64,000 nt of DNA from Takakia lepidozioides (taxonomy: Eukaryota; Plantae; Bryophyta). The notes beneath the pieces were generated by a model that saw only the letters and a program-made list of their open reading frames with translations, ran no database searches and was not told the DNA's origin. The stretch lies in the NCBI GenBank assembly GCA_030704615.1, contig CM060733.1, forward strand, positions 22,382,001 through 22,446,000. The letters run 5' to 3'. Each line of letters starts with the position of its first letter. The first letter of the stretch is position 1. Below, one piece after another: positions 50,718-61,773 of the stretch. The position numbers and the translations under genes were made by a program.

Positions 50718-52440
50718 GAGGTTTACTATTTCATGAGCAGAAACCATGAGCCATGAGCCATGAGCCGCATGAGCCGCATGAGCGGTGAGCCGAAGTCTAA
50801 GACACGCGGATTTCATGAGCGGACTCCTCCAAATTTGGAAATGCGGCAGATTAAACAAGTATTAAAATAATAGTTTTTTATTTGACCTTGCCGTTTTTGG
50901 ACGTTCCAGATCATGTAATGCGGCGAAGATATGTCGTCAGTAACAAGTTCGCTCATGGTTTTTTAGATCCGCTCATGGAAATAAGTGACCGTGCAACGGG
51001 AAATCCAGTATACCACTGCAAAAGGACGTTGCATAATGGCCTGTATAGAGTATTCCGCGGTTTTACATGCCTTAACATTGGAATGAAGCTGACCCTTTTG
51101 CCGCGATTGAACCAATGGAGTCTGCACCAATAGAGTCTGCAGTACTTCACAATTCTGTCTTCTTCGGGTATTCGGCGGGAAAGGTTTGCAACTGAACTGG
51201 GAAATAAGGTGCCGCATTAGGGTTCGCACGTGCGAAATTTCGGAGCGGTTTGGTGTTGGCGAAGGCCGCCTCTACCAGTACCTTCAACGATACTTGGAAA
51301 TGCGGCGCCGCATTTCCTTGTCGGAGGTCGAATGAGGAAAGCAAGTTTTCGGAAAGCGGAAAAACATGAACCCTCCAACATACAAAAATACATGCACGTG
51401 GAAACAAGTGAACGATATAGTAATATCTTAGTTCGAGCAAAACAGGTTACTGGTAGGCAAGACATATGTCGGACCTTTCTGTGGCCAGAGTCTGGCAGCA
51501 GTACAGTTCTACTATCCGAAAAGGATGGGCGTACCATTGTATTGGGACCGCAAGCCAAGCTCACTGGTCCCCTGGATCCATATTCAGAAGAGTGTGAACC
51601 TCCTGGGGGCTCAACCCTGGTGCATGTATGAAGTGATGAGTTGTGGAATTACAACGGAGTCTCTTTAGGTACACGTAGTACAAATGCTTGCAAGGGCAGT
51701 ATGATGCCCCCTTGTTCGCCATGATCTGGAAGTCGGTGCAATTGCAGGTGGGTAATTCTGAAATGGTGATGGTGTACACCTCATTGCGAACAGCTGAGCC
51801 TGCCGTGGCCATCTGATACACACGCCCGAATCCTGGTGGGGGCACTTCTGTCGAGCTCTAGATTGTACAGTTCATCCGAAGTGCATTCCCCATCCTTGTC
51901 TCGTTCACTTTTGAGGGAGGTCGCCGCCTCTTCGGTTTCCCCCAACGGTGTGTAGGATGCTTAGAGCTGTCGTGTCCCATTGTTCTTGCTCTCACAGGGG
52001 TCGGTGGTGGAGGCTGTGGAAGCGGAAATGGTTGTCTGGGGACGTCAGTGCGCTGCACCATCCGAAATCCTGCGGCGGTAAGGGCGTCGGCCTCAACCTG
52101 ACTCAGATCGCAGCCTGGTTCCACCGGCCACACCGGGGGAGCCTCTGGCATTGTTTGTATGCCGTACTTGGGCTTTCCATACACGCAAATCATAACGTCG
52201 TGCCTGCAGAACCAGAACTGGGTGGTTGTCGCCTCCGCAAACTTTGCATGGACAAATCTTCCTGTAAAAGTAGGAGCAGGGACAGCCCCATCTGGATTCC
52301 TCCTTATCATCTCTAAACAACGTTGCCGTGTATCCACATGAATTGCGGAACACCTTCCTCGAAACGACGGCTTTGTGCGAGCAATTCTCCACTGTGATGC
52401 AGACACAGTCGTCTCCACAATGGCTTGGCCATACTGCAAA
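50718..52440 (-). mobile_element. Mutator-like family B, opposite terminal fragment: TIR plus transposase C-terminus with SWIM finger
   Basis: TIR GAGGTTTACTATTTCATGAGC with CATGAGC repeats. ORFs 51858-52439 (QFWFC...VWPV) and 51561-51845 (CNCTDF...CKHLYY, SWIM) are homologous to 31310-32100. Confidence 0.8.
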
Positions 52441-53977
52441 ACGTTGAATCCCCTTACTCTACCGTAGTTGTTCCTTTAGAACAAATAATAATCACAGAAT
52501 CAACTTTCGTTTAAATTGCTATATGTATGAATCCATCTCACAAACCTTCCTGACTCTTCTCATATCCATTGTGCATTCATCTACACTGTATTCATGCGTG
52601 CTCCATTCATGAAAGCTTCCTTTGTACAACATCCATTGTACATTCATCCTCTGTACTCTTTAATCCACCCCACAAACCTTCCACACTCATTTCATATACT
52701 TTGTGCATTCGTCAAAAGATTTGGTCATGCATCTTCCTGTCATGAATTTTTGTCATTGCTCAACATCCATTATCCATTCATCCATTTTACTCTTATCCAT
52801 CCGTCATTCATCCATCTACATAGATTTTTCAAACTCATCCATCTGTTTATCATCCAACTGTACATTCATCCATCATTTATTCAATGCCTTTTATTATGTC
52901 GTCCAGCTTGTTTCCGCGGTAAAGGGTGCCAATCCGCGGGAATACACTCCACTTCTTTCTGGGTGCGTGGTGACTCGGCCTCCACGTGTGATGACGTGGA
53001 CTGAGCCCCGTGACGTGGCATTTGCGCAAGGTGACGTGGCGTGAGCGCAGTCGCGCTCATGCGCTCACGCGCTCACGTGACCAGGCTCACGCCGAGGCAT
53101 CCCTGTCAACATTGTCCACCAAAGCTCCTCGAAGGGTCCTCCAAGGACCCCAAAGATCCTCCAAAAACTCCTCCAAGGACCCCAAAGATCCTCCAAATAC
53201 TCCTCCAAGGGCCCTCAAATATCTTCCAAACAATCCTCCAAATGCCCTTAAATTTCAGTAAGTCCTTTCACTGTTGATACCTTAACAGAGGTGGGGAATA
53301 TTCTGGTAAAAATAGTACCAGGTAAAATACTGCCACTTAAGCAGCCACGTCGCCCACACGGTGGCGGTATCATCGCGTTCCATCCCTCGGCTAGGTGGTG
53401 TGGCGCAGGAGACAAAAAAAACGCCAAGTCCCAGCCCTCCTCTCTGTTCACGATTACCCTAATGGACAACCTTATTAGCAACTTTTTAATTTTTTTAAAC
53501 CTAATGGGCAACCTTATTAACATTATATGTGCCTTCAAAATGACACGTGTAGTGATGTAGTCGTATAAATAGAGTTGTGAAACCATCTTCAGTCATGGAG
53601 TCATAAGATTCCATGAAACGTCATCCACGTGTAATCAAACATATCACACTAGTCATATAAACCATCCCTGTCATCATGGTCAACTATGTTTGACCAATGC
53701 TCCCTAACTTTCCGGAGTCATGTAGTGATATCCATTACTACAGAGGGGGGCTGCTATTTCATGAGCGGCATGAGCATGAGCGGAAAAAAAAAAAACATGA
53801 GCGGACCATTGTGTGTCCACGGAAATAGGGTTAGGAGGCACGGAAATAGGGTAATGTGAAGTTGGAATGTGGCACCAGTGGACTCGTCATAACAATGAAA
53901 TGCAACATTTTATTGCAAATTTTGTGGCAAGCCACATCTATACAAGTGTGTCCTAACTGTCATAGCCAGAATGGGCA

Positions 53978-56835
53978 CTACTCTCTTACACCCTCCGAGG
54001 AACTTGCCCCACCTTCCTCCTCATCCCCCTCATCCCCCCCATCCTCTGAGCTCTGTGATGCATAAGTTTCACTATGCCTCTCAAAAATTCCGTCCTCTCC
54101 TTGGGGGACTGTCCACCTCACCTCCTGGGAATCTTTTGCCTCTTCTCCCCCACTTTCCTCAGCAAAATCTAAGACAAATCTACGAGCCTGACGGGCTCTA
54201 ATAGCTGCTACCTCCTCCCTCATCTTCATTTTCTTGAGGCTTGCCTCGTCTAAAATCTGTTGTACACGACTAGGTTCGGAAGACCTCCTAATGGACACCA
54301 AAGCAAGCCGGGCAACATAAGTAGGAAGGATGTAGTCCCTTTCTGGACTCGACATGAAATCCCCCCTGGCAAAAAAAGGCATGTTCCTCCTGCCCATGAA
54401 CTGCGGTGTAGACGTCCCTCCTGCAGTACTTGGCATCATGCAGTAAGAACAAATCCACTTTAAGAATGTCAATACCAGTAGAAGTCAAAAAGGGTCTTTC
54501 AATGAAATAAGAGAGCGAAGGGAGGTGCCTCACAAAATCAAGAGGCAACTTACAATGCGACCACTCACTCATAAAACGGGGGCTCATCGGCCTCGATCCC
54601 AACTTGTACCTCCCCCACCTCCTTCTCGGATTCTTCCTCATCCTCCGAGGATGCCTCTTCTTCTTTTGGCAGACGTTCAGCCGCTGCAAGTTCAGAGTTG
54701 TGGAGGGCAGTATCTGGCTCGAAGGCAAAGACATGCCTGTCGGACAACGTCCCTGCCCACATTGAAGCACCTGAGGGACAAAACGGGTGGTTAGTAGCAT
54801 GCGGCATGCAATTGCAATCGGGCGAGGGGACAAAATGTGCATATGAAGGCTTACCCGTGCCGCATGTGAGGTCAAGAATCCGCCCTTGGACATCCGAGCA
54901 CGTCTCCGTGAGGGTTTGGATGAAAGTAGGGCTCCGGGTCCGGCTGTACCGCCACGGTTTGCCTGTCTTTGTGTCCTTCGGCATACTGGATTGGGGCACA
55001 TAGTTGTAGAGGACATCGTAGGTAACAAGGTCCACAACGGCATCAACAAGACAACCGTCATTGCAGAATTTGAACGTAGACCCTCTCTTCACAAAACAAT
55101 ATGCCTCAAACACCAATGTCTGCACATCCAACAAAAGAGGGATCCACTCCAGGGTCTAGTTTAGATACACCACAATATGAAGTGAATGCAATAGATTGAT
55201 AACTTACACTCTGGCCCTCTGTTCGCAACCCCTGCGTATTGATGCAGAACCATTTTTTCAGGAGGACCGGGGTGACACTTTTTGGTGTCCACCTTGCCAC
55301 AACATTCTCTGTGGTCTTCCTTCTTGTGGCAAGGACCACCATACGTCCACCGTCATCCAAGAGCATCCCCACCAGCCCAAACCCGGCTCTCCAGTAGTCC
55401 TCCGTAAACCTGTTCCAGGTGGGCACACCATCCAGGCCCTCCAGCAGCTCCCCATCTGGAATATCGAGGAGAATCATATCGCAGGCTCTCTCCACCTCAA
55501 ACCCCACCCCCCCACCCCGAGTGCTCTTGCAATCCGTACTCACAGCCGTGAAGAATTCCATCATGGCTTCCAAACCAGGGGTGTCTTTAGGCTCTGTAGC
55601 AGCAGCCCTCTTCTTGGCTTTCCCCTTCAGCTCCTCCAGAGACTTGTTGTGTGCCACCTTCTTCGCCTTGGCAGCCAAACCGTCAAGAAAGCTCTCATTG
55701 ACGCATTGGATGATAGTTGGGGATTCTAGCTTTGGCCTTTGCGGAAACATCACCGCCGAATACCGCCGTGTAGGCTCGCCCTCAAATGCCAACTTCTTGG
55801 CAGAGCCAGTCCCAGTCCGAACTGACTTGGGAACCCGGGCGACCGGTGACTTGGTAGCAGCAGTCGCAGGACCTTGCACAAAGTCGTCATCGGAGTCACT
55901 CCCTTGGGGCCCCTCCTACGCCTCCTCTAGTGCCCCGGTGGTTTTCTGTTTTTTGGGGGTTACTTTACTCCCCTGTTTCCGTGTCCTTTTCATTTGTCAT
56001 TTATTCTTCTCATTCAATTTCTCCTGAATACCTGACTGAGCAAGCTCTGCCGCTTTCCTGGACTTGGCAAGCGCTTTCGCCTCCTTTGGACCCAGCGGAG
56101 GCAGCGGAGCCCGGTTTTGTCGGGCCTCCGCATCCAGCTTCAATTGGAACTCGGATGAGTCGAGCGAGCCGGGCGGAAGGTCCACATTCCAAGGGCAGTC
56201 GCGCAAATGCTCCAGATGCCACTCCTTCACGATAACGTCAGTGTACATGGAGTCAGCTCCAGGGTTCCTCCATGCGAGGAAGAATGGCGGCTGGAAGGAC
56301 ATATGACCTTTCTCCAACAGGGAGAACTTACAGTACCTGCATTCAAAAAACACAGACAGAATCACATCCATTTTTCTAGAATGGGTCCGAAAATGGCTAA
56401 GTCCCAGATCTGACTGGGCCCGGAACTGGAAAAATGGCGCTGAATTTCCAGAATATGTGCCATCTGCCCCAGGGACTTAGCCATTTTCAGACCCTGTACT
56501 GGAAAAATGGCGCCATTTTTCCAGTACAGGGTCCGAAAATGGCTAAGTCCCAGAACTGACTGGGCCCGGAACTGGAAAAATGGCGCCGAATTTCCAGAGT
56601 GTGCCAGCCACCCCCGGGGCTTAGCCATCCGCCCCATGGCCGGAAACAAGAAATTCGGCGCCATTTTTCTAGGGGCTTCACAACTAATTTTCATGCGCCA
56701 CATAAGGCAACTTACATCCTGGAAATGTAGGGACTACAATGGCCACGGATCAAAGAAAGGCAACGCATATGTACCTGTACAGAAGGCGCGTTGCCGCTTT
56801 GTCGCCGTTCAGTTGGTCGGCATTGCCGCTGTAGA
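53978..56835 (-). pseudogene. Spliced N6A/N4C-methyltransferase-like accessory gene, family B (no ParB part visible)
   Basis: CDMILLDIPDG...WN...LLDDGGRMVVL; RSPTFIQTLTETCSDVQGRILDLTCGTG|ASMWAGTLSDRHVFAFEPD. Introns at ~56773-56337, 55207-55120, ~54854-54772 (TACTAAC) and ~54568-54441. Two in-frame stops at ~55915-56000. Confidence 0.75.
56472..56551. repeat. 80-bp loop-less palindrome (1 mismatch) centred on GGCGCC
   Basis: GGGACTTAGCCATTTTCAGACCCTGTACTGGAAAAATGGC|GCCATTTTTCCAGTACAGGGTCCGAAAATGGCTAAGTCCC. Confidence 0.95.
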
Positions 56836-57504
56836 ATAATAGGAATTTCTGACTTAATGACAATTTTCAGAACTTTTTAATATCTTTCTAGCCTGCGATA
56901 CTTTCGATATTGCTGCGATAGGGCAATGTTCTTCGATATCTTGTATACAGTCGATAGTATATCTTGGACTGAATGATAGAAGAGATGGATGAAAAATTGT
57001 AAAGGATGGTTGAAGGAGTTTTTGAGCGGTTATTACAGTTATTGAAATACTCTGCTATATAAAGCGTTAATGAGAAGCAGAAAGTGTCAATTGAGCCAGA
57101 GAGCCGTGACCGGGAGTAGAGAGAGTAGAGTGAGTAGGAGGTAGATTATAGAGTTATTCTGCAATGGTAGATTTAGTATTGCGTTCTTGCAGTGTTGTGA
57201 TTTATGAATGAGAAGAAGAAGAAAAAGGAAGTGCAATTCACTTTGTGTACGTGTGAAGAATGGAGTGATGGAATGAGGATGTGTTTTCGTGTGTAAGAAC
57301 TGAAGAACCATATGAGATGATGAGAATGCGCATTAATGAAACAGATAAGAATTCGATGTGAGGATTAGTTCTGGTCCATCAAGAGGAATATCGATAGAGA
57401 GATATTCAAAGCTCAAGAAGGAGCCGATTAAGGAAAAGAAGACAGAGAGAGGGTTTTCAATTGGATTCATGATAGGAGTGAAACAGTGAATTAAAATCAT
57501 TTGC

Positions 57505-57813
57505 ATGGCGGAGAGCAATAGTGAAAGAATAAAGGAAGTGTCAGAATTGATCTCTGGATTACCAGATCATTTATCGATAACAATCTTTCAGAAACTTTGT
57601 TGTAGTGATAAAGAAGTATTCTTATTGCAATTGGTCAATAAAGGATGGCATAGGGAGATATCCATTCTATACCGGAGTTGTTATTGGAAGCATAGTTGGT
57701 TGCAGAAGTGGTATAGACCATTTAAAGGCTATCCTGAACTTATGAAAGAATGGAATCATAACTTTGGTGAGGGAAAATCTTTGGAGCGACTTGAGAAACA
57801 GAATTGGTGGTGA
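57505..57813 (+). CDS. Small F-box-like protein
   Basis: LISGLPDHLSITIFQKL...LQLVNKGW matches the plant F-box pattern LIPGLPDD...L..V.K.W. Confidence 0.6.
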   Translation: MAESNSERIKEVSELISGLPDHLSITIFQKLCCSDKEVFLLQLVNKGWHREISILYRSCYWKHSWLQKWYRPFKGYPELMKEWNHNFGEGKSLERLEKQNWW

Positions 57814-57829
57814 AGAATGATCACTAGCG

Positions 57830-58111
57830 ATGTGTGAAGGAGAACAGATAGTATATCCTGTAGAATTGATTACTCGACTGCCTCATAGTTTGTCTCTAGA
57901 TATCTTTAAGAGATTACAATGTAGCGACAGGGAGATAATCAATCTATGGTTAGTTAATAAAGAATGGTATCGAGAGCTGTTGACTTTGTATCAGAGAGAT
58001 TATTGGAGGAAGAATATAATGGAGCAATGGTATTTGATTTCAGCCGTTGGAGCAGAGTTAATAGAAGATGGAGAGAATATTCATGAATCTGGAAGAATGA
58101 TGATCGTGTGA
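57830..58111 (+). CDS. Small F-box-like protein (tandem paralog)
   Basis: LITRLPHSLSLDIFKRL...LWLVNKEW. Aligns with 57505-57813 over most of its length. Confidence 0.6.
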   Translation: MCEGEQIVYPVELITRLPHSLSLDIFKRLQCSDREIINLWLVNKEWYRELLTLYQRDYWRKNIMEQWYLISAVGAELIEDGENIHESGRMMIV

Positions 58112-58979
58112 TGAAGAGGACTGTTGGTAGAAGTTGTTTCAAAGAAGGGATAGAGAGAGATAGAATAGTCTGGCATCATTATGTATTAGTCGTATAGTGC
58201 TTTCCTCAGCGAATGAACCTTAGAACTAATTGATCCTCTTTTAGGATTGATTATAGTTTTATATTACAACCGCATTGCCGCCCGTAGTATAAAGGCTTCA
58301 GTTTGCGACGCGGTCTGGATGTGGGGTTTCTCTCAAGAGAGCCACGCCCTTCTCCACGCGGCATAAGTCCGAGTAAAAGAAAAAATCTCCCGCAGAATGC
58401 GTGCGTACATGCCTCGAATGGAACTTCATCCACCCGTCACAACAGGTGTCGAAGGCGTATCCGGGAAGCAAGCACGGTATCCGTGTGGAACGTCCGGCTC
58501 AAAACAGACTGCGGAGGACATTTAATGCGCAACTGCGCCCTTTAATGTAGGTATGGAGGTCGCCCACAGGCGCCACCTGGCCCACCCTTCCCCCGAGACT
58601 TCATCAACAGCCCGCTGGATGGAAAAAAACAGCGCCAAATTTCCATTCAACGGATGAAGTGGGACGCACCGCGGCCCTCCCTCCGCCCGAGACGTTCTCA
58701 TCCAGAAGCAGCCGGATGGAAAACCGGCGCCAAATCCTGCAGGCAAGCGGGAGCACGGCCGGATGGAAAACCGGCGCCGAATTTCCATCCTGCAAGTAAG
58801 TCGGTCCACCTCATGGATGGAAATCCGGCACCAAATTTGTCTCTACCGGACGACAATGGTGGGCATAGCTTGCCAAAAAATGGACCGCAGGCAAAAAACT
58901 CTAAGTTGAGTGACTGCTTAGACAAAAAAACGCGAAAAACGAATCAAAATTGTTGATGAAGGGTCGATACAGGCGTCAG

Positions 58980-60745
58980 TTGATGGATATTCGGCGCCGT
59001 TTTTCCATCCTGCAGATGATCTCTTTCGGCCACTCCCCCCGAGACGACTCCATCCGTGCGACCTTGGATGGAAATACGGCGCCGTTTTTCCATCCGAGGG
59101 ATGTTCTCTGTCGGCTAGATGTCGGCCTCTCCCCCCCGAGACGACTTCATCCGACGGGCCTCGTCTGGAATCTCGGCGCCGTTTTTCCATCTGGGGGATG
59201 TTCTCTGTCGGCCAGGTGTCGGCCTCTCCCCCCGAGACGACTTCATCCGACGGGCCTCGAATGGAAATTCGGCGCAGTTTTTCCATCCGGGGGATATTCT
59301 CTGTTGGCCAAGTGTCGGCTTCTCCCCCCGAGACGACTTCATCCGACGGGTCTCGAATGGAAATTCGGCGCCGTTTTTCCATCCGGGGGATATTCTCTGT
59401 CGGGCAGGTGTCGTCCTCTCCCCACGAGACGACTTCATCCGAACGACCTCGGATGGAAATTCGGCGCCGTTTTTCCATCCGATGGCTCTTCTCTGTTGGC
59501 CAGGATTCGGCCTCTCCCCCCGAGACGACTTCATCCGACAGGCCTCGTATGGAAATTCGGCGCCGTTTTTCCATCCGGGGGATGTTCTCTGTCGGCCAGG
59601 TGTCAGCCCCGAGACAACTTCATCCGAACGGCCTTGGATGGAAATTCGGCGCCATTTTTCCATCCGAGGGTGTTCTCTGTCGGCCGGGTGTCGGCCTCTC
59701 CCCCCGAGACGACTTCGTCCGACGGGCCTCGTATGGAAACTCGGCGCCGTTTTGCCATCCGGGGGATATTCTCTGTAGGCCAGGTATCGGCCTCTCCCCC
59801 CGAGACCACTTCATTTGAACGGCCTCATTGGAGATTCGGCGCCATTTTTCCATCCGAGGGATGTTCTCTGTCGGCCGGGTGTCGGCCTCTCCCCCCGAGA
59901 CGACTTCATCCGACGGGCCTCGTATGGAAATTCGGCGCCATTTTTCCATCCGTGGGATGTTCTCTGTCGGCCAGGTGTCGGCCTCTCCCCCCGAGACAAC
60001 TTCATCCGAACGGCCTCGGATGGAAATTCGGCGCCGTTTTTCCATCCGAGGGATATTCTCTGTCGGCCAGGTATCGGCCTCTCCCCCCAAGACGACTTCA
60101 TCCAACGGGCCTCGTATGGAAATTTGGCGCCGTTTTGCCTTCCGGGGGATATTCTCTGTAGGCCAGGTGTCGGCCTCTCCCCCCGAGACAACTTCATCCG
60201 AACGGCCTCATTGGAGATTCGGCGCCGTTTTTTCATCCGAGGGATGTTCTGTGTCGGCCAGGTGTCGGCCTCTCCCCCCGAGACGACTTCATCCGACGGG
60301 CATCGTATTGAAATTGGTGCCATTTTTCCATCCGTGGGATATTCTCTGTCGGCCAGGTGTCGGCCTCTCCCCCCGAGACAACTTCATCCGAACGGCCTCT
60401 GATGGAAATTCGGCGCCGTTTTTTCATCCGAGGGATGTTCTCTGTCGGCCAGGTGTCGGCCTCTCCCCCTGAGACGACTTCATCCAACGGGCCTCGTATG
60501 GAAATTCGGCGCCGTTTAACCATCCGGGGGCTATTCTCTATAGGCCAGGTGTCGGCCTCTCCCCCCGAGACAACTTCATCCGAACGGCCTCATTGGAGAT
60601 TTGGCGCCGTTTTTCCATCCGAGGGATGTTCTCTGTCGGCCAGGTGTCGGTCTCTCCCCCCGAGACGACTTCATCCGACGGGCCTTGTATGGAAATTCGG
60701 CGTCATTTTTCCATCCGTGGGATGTTCTCTGTCGGCCAGGTGTCG
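58980..60745. repeat. Tandem array, ~96-bp unit, ~19 copies, each with the palindrome (GG)ATGGAAA-TT-CGGCGCCG-TT-TTTCCAT(CC)
   Basis: GGCGCC cores recur about every 95-97 bp, and the ORFs repeat with a 32-aa period. Degenerate palindromes continue to ~58615. Confidence 0.95.
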
Positions 60746-60984
60746 TCACCCTCCGATTTGACGCCATGTCGAATTAAATTATGCCCCTCATTCCTGGGTA
60801 CGGCTATATTAAATGTTGCTCTTTTTCTTTGGCACTTGCCCGACCTTCGCTCTTGACCCACGCGTTTCAAACCGAGACAGCAACAACACTTGCTCGCTCC
60901 GAGCTCCTCTCACTTCAGCTTCCCCACACTCCCCCTTTCCTGCGCACCCTCTCTGCTTCCTGGTAGCCCTTTCAATAGTCGGCG

Positions 60985-61545
60985 ATGGCGTGCCGGGATC
61001 CCAGCAACTGCCCAAACAAGCATCTCACCCCGTGGGACTTCTCGCCCAAGTCAGGGGATATTTTCATATACTTGCAGGATTGGATAGACCACTCTCAGCA
61101 GAGGAGGGTGCACCTGTCCGCTCTTGAGTACCTTCCCGGTCTCCACGATCAGCCTCGCCGGGATTCGCGGCTTTGGTGCCTGCGAATCGTTGATCTGCAG
61201 TTTCCGCCAGCATGGAACATCCCCAAAAGCCGCACGGCCTTCCTACATCATTGGAGGTGCTGCCAGTGGGCGTACGAGGATTGCATCGGGTGTACGTACA
61301 TGCCAGAGAGGATTCCATCGCAAACAGTGTATGGGGACATTCTCATAAGCTACGAGGATGAGTCCTATGGACATAGAGTCTCCACAGCAAAGATCTCGAT
61401 TTACGATGGTGCATATATCGGAGGAGATGACACCGTTGTCCACTACACCAAAGGCGAACGGGCTGCATCCATTGTCTTCACCTACCGACACCCTGTCAGT
61501 CATGAACTTGTTGAGAGGCCAATTGAGGTTCCAGCTTCTTGGTGA
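60985..61545 (+). CDS. Orphan 186-aa ORF inside family B
   Basis: ATG start, non-repetitive open frame, TATA-like CTATATTAAA at ~60804 and AATAAA at ~61657. Confidence 0.5.
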   Translation: MACRDPSNCPNKHLTPWDFSPKSGDIFIYLQDWIDHSQQRRVHLSALEYLPGLHDQPRRDSRLWCLRIVDLQFPPAWNIPKSRTAFLHHWRCCQWAYEDCIGCTYMPERIPSQTVYGDILISYEDESYGHRVSTAKISIYDGAYIGGDDTVVHYTKGERAASIVFTYRHPVSHELVERPIEVPASW

Positions 61546-61773
61546 GAATAGTGCAACACGGGAGCAAATTTCCAACTTACCGGAGCATGGATTGCATGCA
61601 TACTTTTGGCTTCCCTCGGTTTGTGAGGGCATGCATACTTGTCACAATTCATTATTAATAAAAATGTCTCCTTTGAACCAAAGTTCCACTTTTTGTGCAA
61701 TGTTGCATTTTGTTGAATGTTGACTTTTGGCAACGAGGGTCTCGCATTCAATCTTGCAATCAGACCCACTGGA

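Noticed and set aside
53540-53745. Second CACTA element (AGTCAT repeats)
   Set aside because: Only subterminal-like repeats; no paired TIRs or TSD.
58918-60856. Many long overlapping ORFs on both strands
   Set aside because: By-product of a stop-poor 96-bp (multiple of 3) tandem unit. Frames shift freely between units.
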